A stretch of 64,000 bases of DNA from Deltaproteobacteria bacterium (lineage in GTDB: Bacteria > Myxococcota_A > Polyangia > Haliangiales > Haliangiaceae): the NCBI GenBank assembly GCA_040004535.1, contig JBDUAS010000004.1, forward strand, positions 9,508 to 73,507. Reading direction: 5' to 3'. Positions 21,014 through 29,659 of the stretch are shown here, one piece after another (positions within the stretch are counted from its first letter, which is position 1; each line of letters begins with the position of its first letter). The position numbers and the translations under genes were made by a program. Under the pieces are notes generated by a model. The model did no database searches. It had not been told where the DNA came from and was given only the letters and a program-made list of their open reading frames with translations.

Positions 21014-21128
21014 ATGGGCGACGTTCCCCCGGCCTGCCCCACCGGTCAATGACAATGGCCTACGGGGGCTGTCATGGCGCGGCCCTGACATCGCTAGCGT
21101 GCCCCACCTCGGGATATGATGTTGACGA

Positions 21129-21797
21129 GTGTCACGGCGCGCGCCCCGCTTCCGCATCGAGCTGAAGGTGACGGTGTCACCGTTACTCGGTGGTCAACTC
21201 GTGGTTTGCCACACGCGGGATATCTCTGACGTCGGCATGTGCCTCGATACCGCCGAATGGTTGCCCGTCGGCACGCGCGTGTCGCTCGCGTTCACCGATC
21301 CGCGCTCCGGCTCTGCGATGGAAGTGATCGGCGACATCGTTCGCGAGGTCAACGGCATCAACCCCGCGCTCGGCGTGTTGCTCGTCGAGCCGCCCGCCGA
21401 GTGGAAGGTGCTCGTCGCGCAGGCCGCGCGCACGACCGGCCATGTCGAACGTCCGGGCCGCCGCATGCGCGTGCTCGTCGTCGGCGACGATCATCGCCAG
21501 CGCGGCGCGATGGCGCTCTACGTCTCGAGCGGCTGGGACATCCTGTTCGCGTCGGACGACTTCGCGGTTCACGAGGCACTCGAGAACATCAAGCTCGATG
21601 CCGTGATCGCAGAGCTCGACGCGAACGATCCGCGGATCGAGCCGATCATGGACGACGTCCGTAAGGCCCAGCCCGCGGCGCGCCGGATCGTGCGCGGCGC
21701 TGGCCGCGGCGACGGCGACCTCGTGCATCGCTACGTCGCTCGCGACTCCGGTCTCGAGGCGCTGCTCGACGCCGTGACCGCGAACATCGGCGTGTAG
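21129..21797 (+). CDS. PilZ domain protein fused to a receiver-like domain (222 aa)
   Basis: PilZ motifs RRAPR and DISDVG. The C-terminal half is receiver-like (MRVLVVGDD ... DAVIAELD). Confidence 0.6.
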   Translation: MSRRAPRFRIELKVTVSPLLGGQLVVCHTRDISDVGMCLDTAEWLPVGTRVSLAFTDPRSGSAMEVIGDIVREVNGINPALGVLLVEPPAEWKVLVAQAARTTGHVERPGRRMRVLVVGDDHRQRGAMALYVSSGWDILFASDDFAVHEALENIKLDAVIAELDANDPRIEPIMDDVRKAQPAARRIVRGAGRGDGDLVHRYVARDSGLEALLDAVTANIGV

Positions 21798-21799
21798 AG

Positions 21800-22177
21800 C
21801 TAGAACGCGTGCGTGGTGGCCGCGATCATCGTCACACCGTCTTGCTCGTAGATCGCGATCGCGTACTCGCGATGGCTGACCGTGTCGCGGACCTTTAACG
21901 GCGAGCCCTTGGTCGCGTCACCGCCCAGGATCTCGAAGCCTTTCAAGGGCTGTTTCGTATAGAAGGCCCGCACCATATCGATCGGATCAGTGGCGATCGT
22001 GAGCACGGTCGGGTCTCCGCCACCGGTGACACCAGCCATGACGCCGCCGGGATACTCCGGGAGCTCGTGCGGCGCTTCAGCCGGCGTCTTGGCCGGCGCG
22101 GCCGGCGAGGTCGGTTGCGAACCGCCGCATGCGGCCGCGATCGCGAGACACCAGCCAAGAAGCTTCACGCGGAGCAA
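21800..22177 (-). CDS. Small lipoprotein (about 125 aa)
   Basis: Lipobox AIAAAC. Last gene of the 23029->21800 minus-strand cluster. Start is TTG 22177 or GTG 22168. Confidence 0.5.
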   Translation of the reverse strand: MLRVKLLGWCLAIAAACGGSQPTSPAAPAKTPAEAPHELPEYPGGVMAGVTGGGDPTVLTIATDPIDMVRAFYTKQPLKGFEILGGDATKGSPLKVRDTVSHREYAIAIYEQDGVTMIAATTHAF

Positions 22178-22193
22178 CGTAGCGCAGGTGCGA

Positions 22194-22613
22194 TCACATC
22201 GGCAGGGCGATGCGCGCTGCGGTGCCCGTGAGCTTGAATTCGCTATAGGTCTGCAGCTGACCGGGTCCGATCACCGGCGTCGGCCGATGCTGCGAGAGCA
22301 CCGCGATCGTGTGCACCGTGACCCCGCCGTCCGCCGGTTGCGGCGAGACGTCTGGAAGCAGCAACACCAGCGACGTGATCGCTCCCGGCACGATCCCGTT
22401 CTTGCGCACGATCGCGGTCACCACCGTGCCCGCATTCGTCGCCGGCCCGACCTTGAGGTCGTCACCGTGACACTCGACCGACGAAGAACCGTCGTCGTAG
22501 ACCAAGATCGGCCCCTTGTACGAACCGGGGCCAATCGGGCCGCCTTTGCCGTCGACGTAATAGTGGATCCGCTTACCGTGGCCGTGAAGATCGTAAAAGT
22601 TTGCCCCTGCCAT
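22194..22613 (-). CDS. Hypothetical protein (139 aa), no recognisable family
   Basis: ATG 22613 lies 6 nt after AGGAG. The product is Gly/Pro/Val-rich and probably all-beta (ANFYDLHGHGKRIHYYVDGKGGPIGPGSYKGPILVYDDG). Confidence 0.55.
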   Translation of the reverse strand: MAGANFYDLHGHGKRIHYYVDGKGGPIGPGSYKGPILVYDDGSSSVECHGDDLKVGPATNAGTVVTAIVRKNGIVPGAITSLVLLLPDVSPQPADGGVTVHTIAVLSQHRPTPVIGPGQLQTYSEFKLTGTAARIALPM

Positions 22614-22732
22614 CGTCATCTCCTGTTGATCGGTTTGCCCCGCCACGGAGCCGAGCTCGTCTCACCGCATGCGATGAAGCCAAGCTCGACTCCTCCTCCT
22701 ACCCGCCAATTCGCCACCCACCCGCCACGACT

Positions 22733-23029
22733 TCAAATCGCCCGAGCCAGCTTCCGCGGCTTCATGAATGGGTTTGCCCACGTCACGAACTCGAGCGCGC
22801 GCACCTTGGTCAGGATGCCGACGTCGAACCGACATAAGTACGTGTCGTCAGGTACGAACTGGAGCAGCTCCACGCCCAGCTGCTCGAGCTCTGCTCGTTG
22901 CTCCGCATCGAGCTCGGACCTGACCTGGAGGAGCAAGTACCGCGTGTCCTTCTCGTCGTTCGAGGTCACTGGCTCTTCTCCGTGCATCGGCGAAATGCAT
23001 GCAACACCGGTGGTCATGCTCTGCGCCAT
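22733..23029 (-). CDS. Stand-alone subtilase-propeptide (inhibitor I9)-like protein (98 aa)
   Basis: YLLLQVRSELDAEQRAELEQLGVELLQFVPDDTYLCRFDVGILTKVRALEFVTWANPF matches the beta-alpha-beta-beta-alpha-beta N-terminal propeptide pattern of S8 peptidases. No catalytic domain follows. Confidence 0.45.
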   Translation of the reverse strand: MAQSMTTGVACISPMHGEEPVTSNDEKDTRYLLLQVRSELDAEQRAELEQLGVELLQFVPDDTYLCRFDVGILTKVRALEFVTWANPFMKPRKLARAI

Positions 23030-23110
23030 CGTGGCTTCCCTTTGGTGCACTAACGATGCCGCGACATTTGCTCCGTTAGCGCCGGCCTCGAGCGGCGCCC
23101 CGGCAAGTGC

Positions 23111-23140
23111 TGCCTAGTCGCGCAAATCTTGCCTAGTCGC
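23111..23140. repeat. Direct repeat TGCCTAGTCGC x2 (period 19 bp) in a divergent promoter region
   Basis: Exact 11-mers at 23111-23121 and 23130-23140, between the propeptide-like gene (minus strand) and the kinase gene (plus strand). Confidence 0.7.
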
Positions 23141-23199
23141 AATTTCCTGATCTTTCTGGTGTTACGAGCTATCGGGCGGGTTTAGGGTGAGGTTGTTCG

Positions 23200-25746
23200 A
23201 TGGCGGATGGGTGGGACCGATCGACGGTCGATATGCCGGTGGGTGCGGAGCGGACGACGAACGAGCGTTCGCCGAGTTCGCTCGCGCGCCGCAACACCCC
23301 CGTGCGTCTTGGTCGTTACGAGATCGTGGAGCCGATCGCTGGCGGCGGGATGGGCTTCGTCTACGCCGCTTACGATCCAGAGCTCGATCGCAAAGTGGCA
23401 CTCAAGGTCGTCCATCCGCGACGCAGTCACAATCCCGGCTCGCACAGCCGTTTGATCAAGGAGGCGCGGGCGCTCGCGCAACTCGACCATCCGAACGTGG
23501 TGAAGGTCCACGACGTGTTCAGCGACGAAGATCAAATCGTCGTCGTGATGGAGCTCGTCAACGGCAAGACCTTGGAGCAGTGGGAAGCCGAACGGCCGCG
23601 GACCTGGCGCGAAGTCGTCGAGGTCTATGTCCAAGCGGGCGAAGGCCTCGCGGCCGCGCACGAGCTCGCCATCGTCCATCGTGACTTCAAACCGGCCAAC
23701 GCGATCATCGGCGCCGACGGACGCGTGCGCGTGCTCGATTTCGGGCTCGCGCGGATCACGAAAGAAGATGTCGGCGATTCGCCCACCGAGGCGATGAGCG
23801 GCGCGATCACGAAGACGATTCCCGGAACGATCATGGGAACGCTCGCGTATGCCGCCCCCGAGCAGCTCTCGGGCGGGGACACGACGACGAGCTCCGATCA
23901 GTTCAGCTTTTGCGCCGCTCTTCACTACGCCATCGAGGGCAAGCGACCGTTCGCGGGCGAGACAGCGCGAGAAATCGCGAGCGCGATCCAGCAAGGCCAT
24001 CCGGCGAGGAGCGGACGTCCGCTGCCCAATTGGTTGCGCGCGTTGGTCGCGCGTGGGCTCGCCGCGACGCGCGAAGAGCGATATCCGTCGATGTCGGCGT
24101 TGCTGCTCGAGCTCGAGCGGCCGCGGGGTTGGAGGCGCTGGCGCTCGCGGGCGTTCGTCGCGGGATCGGTATGCATCGCGGCGTTCGGAGCCAGTGCGGC
24201 GCTCCGGCAACCCGCCCACGCCGACAGCTGCGTGGCGAATGCTAGCGACGTGTGGGCGCCGGTGCAGCTAGTTCGGATCCTCGCAAGCCTCGATCATCCG
24301 GCCATCCCGTTCGCCGACGAGCTCGCGCACAAGGCGGCGACCGAGCTCGATGCGAAAGCGCGCGAGTGGACGGTCGTGGCGCGCGATTCGTGTATGGCGC
24401 ATCACGCCGCGGCGGTATCCGACCCGATGTACGACCGCCAGGTCGCGTGTCTCGCGGAGCGCAAGGCGCAGCTCGGAGCGGCGGTCCAGGTGTTGACGTC
24501 GGGGACGACGGCGACGCACGCGACCGAGGTCGTGTCGGGCGTGCAGAGTGCGAGCGATTGCCTCGACCTGACCCACGTGCTTGCCGTCGAGCAGATTCCG
24601 CCGACGGTGCGCGCGCGGGTCGGCGCAGTGCGTGGACAGCTGCGCGTCGGCGCGGCGCTCACCCGCGCAGGCAGGTTCGACGAAGCGCAGAAGATCTTCG
24701 ATCAAACGCTCGCGGATGCCCGCGCGACCCGCTACGCGCCGGTGCTTGCGGAGGCCCAGCTCGGTCTCGGCCGATTCTACGTCGCAGCGCTCGACAATCC
24801 GCACGCCGGACCGGTGCTACGCGAAGCGACGTCGACAGCGCTGGCGAACAATTTGACAGGAATTGCCGTCGAGGCGATCGGGCGCCGGATCTATGTCGAA
24901 TCGTTGCTTTCCCCAGATCGACAGTTCGAGCGAGACGTCGAGCTCGCAGACCCACTAAGCCGCGCTGTCGGCGAACCTCGCGTGCGCGCGCTCTTTCTCA
25001 ACAATGTTGGAGCCGCCTACTCCGCGCTTGGAGAGACCGAGAGCGCCCGTACACGGTATCGAGAAGCCGCCGCGACAATCTCTAGTTCCGAGACTGACAT
25101 CGAGCTCAGCACGATCGCTTACAACCTCGGCTTGATGGCCGCGGAACCGTCGGAGCGCGTTCGGTTGCTGGACACCGTCGCGGATCAGCGCGCCGCGATC
25201 CTCGGTGTGCACCATCCGTTCACGCTCGAGGCGCGGTTTGCAGCTGCGACCCTGGGCGACGAAGAGGTGGCCCGCCAGAGGCTCCCGGCGATCTGCGGCG
25301 ACTACGGAGCCTATCGCACGACGATGGCGATGATGTTCTCGGAGTGCGAGCGGCGGCTTGCGTTCCTCGCGGAGCACGCAGGCGATGAAACGCGTCACAT
25401 CGAAGCGCTGCGCGCTGCGGTTTCGCCGATCGGGCTCTGGGGTCCCGTGCCGGTGCTCCTCGAAGGAGAGCTCGCCCTCGCGGAGCACAGTATCGACCGC
25501 GCGCGCCAACTACTAACCCGCGCCATCGCCGAATCGACGACCTCCTGGGCGCTCGTCGATCGCGCCGATGGTCACTATTACCTCGCCGAGCTCGCGCTCT
25601 CGACCGGTGATCACGCCGCCGCTGCCGAGCACGCGCGAATCGCTCTCGAAGACTACCGTACGCTGACGAAGACAGATCTGTCGTTCGAGGCCCCGATCAG
25701 AGTCCTACAGGCCGAACAACTGCTGCAAGGAGCTACTGAAAGATGA
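23200..25746 (+). CDS. Ser/Thr protein kinase with long TPR-like C-terminal region (848 aa)
   Basis: Hanks kinase motifs are present: GGGMGFVYAA, VALKV, HRDFKPAN, DFGLA, APE. About 500 aa of helical repeats follow the kinase domain. Confidence 0.85.
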   Translation: MADGWDRSTVDMPVGAERTTNERSPSSLARRNTPVRLGRYEIVEPIAGGGMGFVYAAYDPELDRKVALKVVHPRRSHNPGSHSRLIKEARALAQLDHPNVVKVHDVFSDEDQIVVVMELVNGKTLEQWEAERPRTWREVVEVYVQAGEGLAAAHELAIVHRDFKPANAIIGADGRVRVLDFGLARITKEDVGDSPTEAMSGAITKTIPGTIMGTLAYAAPEQLSGGDTTTSSDQFSFCAALHYAIEGKRPFAGETAREIASAIQQGHPARSGRPLPNWLRALVARGLAATREERYPSMSALLLELERPRGWRRWRSRAFVAGSVCIAAFGASAALRQPAHADSCVANASDVWAPVQLVRILASLDHPAIPFADELAHKAATELDAKAREWTVVARDSCMAHHAAAVSDPMYDRQVACLAERKAQLGAAVQVLTSGTTATHATEVVSGVQSASDCLDLTHVLAVEQIPPTVRARVGAVRGQLRVGAALTRAGRFDEAQKIFDQTLADARATRYAPVLAEAQLGLGRFYVAALDNPHAGPVLREATSTALANNLTGIAVEAIGRRIYVESLLSPDRQFERDVELADPLSRAVGEPRVRALFLNNVGAAYSALGETESARTRYREAAATISSSETDIELSTIAYNLGLMAAEPSERVRLLDTVADQRAAILGVHHPFTLEARFAAATLGDEEVARQRLPAICGDYGAYRTTMAMMFSECERRLAFLAEHAGDETRHIEALRAAVSPIGLWGPVPVLLEGELALAEHSIDRARQLLTRAIAESTTSWALVDRADGHYYLAELALSTGDHAAAAEHARIALEDYRTLTKTDLSFEAPIRVLQAEQLLQGATER

Positions 25747-26975
25747 AACGGCTCGTCCCTTTCGTGATCGTTGTATTCGTGGCCGCGGCTTCGGCCATGG
25801 TCAATGGCTGCTCTTGCAACCATAAGAAGCCCGTGTGCGGAAGCGAGAAGGACTCGGCGAAGGTCGCGCACCAGCTCAAGTACAAGCACAGCGGCAGCAA
25901 CGGCCAGGGAGAGGTGACCGCTTACGTCGACGGTGGCTGTACACCGCCCTGTCCTGGCAACTCACCGATCGTGAACTCGTTCCCGATCAACGGGCTCGAT
26001 CCCGCGGGTATCGGCACCTGCAACCCGGAGCACATCCGGATCGATCCAGGCAACGCGGGCAAGCCGGTCAAGTGTCCGAACGGCAGCGTCGAGTACTCGG
26101 CGGCGACCGGCACGCTCGTGATCAAAAATCCTTCCGGGGGAACGTGCGCCGGCTCTGATCTGGTCGGTGCGTCCTTCGTCGCCAGGACCGAGTCCGGCCA
26201 CGTGACGCTGACGATCAAGGACGTGATCACGATCCCCGCCGGCCTGGCGACGAAAGAAGCATATCGGATCGTCGCCTCGATCCCGGGTTCGCCGCCGTCG
26301 ACGGCCGACCTGTCGGTCTGCGATTCAACGCGCGCAGGTCAGGTCCGCGGCGAGATCGGTCTTGGTCCCAATATCGGCGAGTACAAGGTGACACGGCCCG
26401 GCTGGACCCCGCCGCCGCCGCCGGACCACTGGGATTACGTGATCGCGCTGCCCGGGCCGCTGTACAGCAACATGGTCCAGCCAATCGCGAGCTCGGACGG
26501 TTTCTTCAATCTCGCGTGTGTCGGCAACTCGCTCGCCAAGCTCACGGTCGAGGCCATCACCCTGCCGACCGATGGCGCGCCCACTCAATATGCAGCGCTT
26601 CGCATGATGACTGGAACCTATTGCAACGTGCCGCGGACGATGGCCGGTATGTACATCACGCATGTCCGAGGAACCTCGGGTGCCGGATCTGGGAGCGCGG
26701 AAACGGACTGGTCGGCAGCCGGCGCGGCGTGTCTCGAAGCCCCGCGGCTCCACGAGGTCGGCAACTATCCGGACGTGACGTTCAGTAGCGATCTGATTCC
26801 ACCCGGCTGCGGACCTACCGGCCACGAGCACTGCATGACCTGGAAGGACTACGCCGACAGGGTGCGCGCGGAATGCGCGACTGGTAGTGACCCGATCACG
26901 GTCAACGACCACTGCACGGAACCCACCGGTACGATGTTCGAGTCGTTCACCAGTCTGTCGTACACGAGTCCGTAG
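25743..26975 (+). CDS. ADYC-like domain lipoprotein (410 aa)
   Basis: ATGA overlap with the kinase stop. Signal/lipobox AMVNGCSC and many Cys residues. FFNLACVGNSLAKL ... ALRMMTGTYCNVPRTMAGMYI resembles the myxobacterial ADYC-domain core (recalled, not searched). Confidence 0.5.
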   Translation: MKRLVPFVIVVFVAAASAMVNGCSCNHKKPVCGSEKDSAKVAHQLKYKHSGSNGQGEVTAYVDGGCTPPCPGNSPIVNSFPINGLDPAGIGTCNPEHIRIDPGNAGKPVKCPNGSVEYSAATGTLVIKNPSGGTCAGSDLVGASFVARTESGHVTLTIKDVITIPAGLATKEAYRIVASIPGSPPSTADLSVCDSTRAGQVRGEIGLGPNIGEYKVTRPGWTPPPPPDHWDYVIALPGPLYSNMVQPIASSDGFFNLACVGNSLAKLTVEAITLPTDGAPTQYAALRMMTGTYCNVPRTMAGMYITHVRGTSGAGSGSAETDWSAAGAACLEAPRLHEVGNYPDVTFSSDLIPPGCGPTGHEHCMTWKDYADRVRAECATGSDPITVNDHCTEPTGTMFESFTSLSYTSP

Positions 26976-26978
26976 CGG

Positions 26979-28715
26979 CTACTTGCGGCGGTCGTGGCCG
27001 TCGATGCCGTACTGTCGCATCCGGAACGTGAACGTCCGCAGCGGCATCCCGATCGCCGCCGCAGCGTGGGTCTGGACGCCGTCGTGCGCCTCGAGCGCCT
27101 CGACAATCCGCCGGCGCTCGAGCTCGCGAAGCTCCTCGTTGACCGGGCGGAACTTCCGCTCCGTACGCAGGGCCGGAATCTCGTCGGTCTTGCGCCCCAT
27201 CACACGCGCCGGCAAGTCCCACGGTTGGATCAGCGGCCCTTCCGTCGTCGCGACCGCGAAGTCGATCGCGTTCTTGAGCTCGCGCACGTTGCCGGGAAAG
27301 TCATAGCGCGCGAGCTCGGCGAGCGTGCTCTCCGCGAGCTCGAGGCCGAGCCGACCGAGCCGGTGCGATTCGAGCCGCATGAACATGCGCGCGAGTAGCG
27401 GAATCTCCTGGCGCCGGTGCCTCAGCGGCGGGATCGCCACGGTCGCGGCGCTCAGCCGGAACAATAGATCCTGACGAAACCGGCCTTGCGAGACCGCCGC
27501 ATCGAGATCGATGTTCGTCGCGGCGACGATGCGGACGTCGACCTCGCGCTCCCGAACGTCGCCGAGGCGCGTGATGCGCTTGAGCTCGAGCGCACGTAAC
27601 AGCTTCGCCTGCAACGCGAGCGAGAGATCGCCGACCTCGTCGAGGAAGAGCGTTCCGCCGTCCGCGCGCTCCATGAGCCCGGACTTCGCGGTCTTCGCAT
27701 CGGTGAACGCACCGCGCTCGTAACCGAACAGCTCGCTCTCCGCGAGCGACTCGGGCAGCGCGGCACAGTTGAGCGACACGAACGGGCCTTCCGCGCGCGG
27801 CGACCACGCGTGGACAGCCGCGGCCGCGTTCTCCTTACCGCTGCCGGTTTCGCCGGTCACCAGCACGGTCAGATCGCTGCGCGCGAGCCGGCGGATCAGG
27901 TCGTAGAGCTTCAGCATCGCCGCATCGGCGAGGACGACGCGGTTGCCACCGATCTTGTGCTCGATCGACGCGGATGACGCGACGACTAGATCTCCCGGTT
28001 GTGCCATCGCCATCGAGCTCCGCGCCGCCGCCAGGAGCGTCCCGGTGTCACAACCATCCGCGGGGTAGCTCGCAATCCCGCCATTTGCATCGGGCCCGAT
28101 CGCCGTGAGCAGCGCCATGCCGTGCGCCTTGCCCGCTTGCGCATCGAGCTCGGGGAGCAGCGCGATCACGGTGGTCCCCTGGAAGCACAACACGTCCATC
28201 GGCCGGAGCGCAGCGAGCGCCGAGGCAGCGACCGAACGCGGTCGCGAACCGAGTAACCGGATCACGACGACGCTGAACGGACGATCGTATTCGGTCGCGC
28301 GCGCGATCTCTTGATCGATGCGGCGATTCATCTGGTCGAGATCGATCGAGTCGGCCGAGACGCGCGCGGCAGTACGCAGGATCAAAAGGGTATCGGCGAT
28401 CGTCACCACATCGCCGGATGTGAGGTCGACGGTGCCCTCGATCCGCTCGCCGTTGAGCAGCGTTCCGTTGTGACTCCCGAGATCCGCGATCTGCGCGCGG
28501 CCGCCGGCGACCACGATCTTCGCGTGATTGCGCGACACCGCATCCGAGTTGATCTGAACATCCGCCTCCCGCGAACGCCCGATCTGAAGCACACCATCCG
28601 ACGGAACCCGGATCGTGCGCGACGACATGTGATCGATCGCGATCAAGAACGATGCGGACGCTTCTTCACTCGGTACGTGATCGAGCGTCCGCGTATCTGT
28701 GCCACCCGGCGCCAT
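26979..28715 (-). CDS. FHA-domain sigma-54-dependent transcriptional activator (578 aa)
   Basis: FHA domain (LQIGRSREADVQINSDAVSRNHAKI ... GSHNGTLLNG). AAA+ domain (GETGSGKE, ESELFGYERGAFTDA, LFLDEVG). C-terminal Fis-type HTH. Confidence 0.85.
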   Translation of the reverse strand: MAPGGTDTRTLDHVPSEEASASFLIAIDHMSSRTIRVPSDGVLQIGRSREADVQINSDAVSRNHAKIVVAGGRAQIADLGSHNGTLLNGERIEGTVDLTSGDVVTIADTLLILRTAARVSADSIDLDQMNRRIDQEIARATEYDRPFSVVVIRLLGSRPRSVAASALAALRPMDVLCFQGTTVIALLPELDAQAGKAHGMALLTAIGPDANGGIASYPADGCDTGTLLAAARSSMAMAQPGDLVVASSASIEHKIGGNRVVLADAAMLKLYDLIRRLARSDLTVLVTGETGSGKENAAAAVHAWSPRAEGPFVSLNCAALPESLAESELFGYERGAFTDAKTAKSGLMERADGGTLFLDEVGDLSLALQAKLLRALELKRITRLGDVREREVDVRIVAATNIDLDAAVSQGRFRQDLLFRLSAATVAIPPLRHRRQEIPLLARMFMRLESHRLGRLGLELAESTLAELARYDFPGNVRELKNAIDFAVATTEGPLIQPWDLPARVMGRKTDEIPALRTERKFRPVNEELRELERRRIVEALEAHDGVQTHAAAAIGMPLRTFTFRMRQYGIDGHDRRK

Positions 28716-28885
28716 CCTTCCAGCAGCTTAACCGAGCCGGTCATCTGCCGGCCAGTGGACCGTAGCCTACCGAGTCCACTAACCAATCCCTAACCACCCC
28801 GAACCAAGCCACGCAGTGTCCAAACCCACCGGATTCGCCAATTCTGTGCCGGTCTGCTGGCGATTCCCCCGGTTACTCTCCTCCA

Positions 28886-29659
28886 ATGTTGCGCATCGCG
28901 CTCGCGAACCTTCGCTATCCCGAGTCGCCGGATGATTCGGTGGCGCGCGTTGTCGCCGCGCTCGGGCGCGCGGACGGCGCGCGGATCATGTGCTTCCCCG
29001 AGTGCTACGTCCCCGGCTATCGCGGGCTCGGTCATGCCCCAGCGACCGTCGACGAGGAATGGCTCGAGCGCGCATGGGCACGGATCGCAGACGCGGCGCG
29101 CGCGGCGGAGTGCGCGGTGGTGCTCGGCACCGAGCGCTGGGTCGGTGGAAAGCTGGTCGCGACGGCGCTCGTGATCGATGCGAGCGGCCGCGGCATGGGG
29201 TTTCAAGACAAGGTCCAGATCGATCCGGCCGAGGAAGGCACGTACGAGCCAGGGCGGGAGCGCTGCGTGTTCCGGCTCGGCGACGTCACGGTCGGCGTCG
29301 TGATCTGCCACGAGGGCTGGCGCTATCCGGAGACGGTGCGCTACGCGGCGCGCCACGGCGCCGAGCTCGTGTTTCACCCGCACTATAGCGCGCCCGAGCG
29401 GGGCACGTTCCGGCCGACGACGTTCGCGGATCCGGCGAACACGTTCCACGAGAAGGCGGCGCTGTGTCGCGCGGCGGAGAACACGATCTACTTCGCGACC
29501 GTGAACTACGCGACCGCAGGCTCACCGACGACGTCGGCGGTCGTCGATCCAGAAGGCGTGCTCGTCGCGAGCCAGCCCTACGGCGAGGCCGGTGTGCTCG
29601 CCATGGACATCGATCTCGCGAAGGCCACGAGGCTGCTCGCGAAGCGCTGCAAGAGTTAG
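28886..29659 (+). CDS. Carbon-nitrogen hydrolase (nitrilase superfamily) (257 aa)
   Basis: The Glu-Lys-Cys triad contexts are present: CFPECYVPGY, FQDKVQ, VICHEGWRYPE. Confidence 0.85.
   Translation: MLRIALANLRYPESPDDSVARVVAALGRADGARIMCFPECYVPGYRGLGHAPATVDEEWLERAWARIADAARAAECAVVLGTERWVGGKLVATALVIDASGRGMGFQDKVQIDPAEEGTYEPGRERCVFRLGDVTVGVVICHEGWRYPETVRYAARHGAELVFHPHYSAPERGTFRPTTFADPANTFHEKAALCRAAENTIYFATVNYATAGSPTTSAVVDPEGVLVASQPYGEAGVLAMDIDLAKATRLLAKRCKS

Noticed and set aside
23100-23140. Possible sigma-54 -24/-12 reading of the GACTAGGCA repeats on the minus strand
   Set aside because: The GG to GC distance is 10 rather than 12 positions in both copies. The repeats are better explained as a repeated operator.
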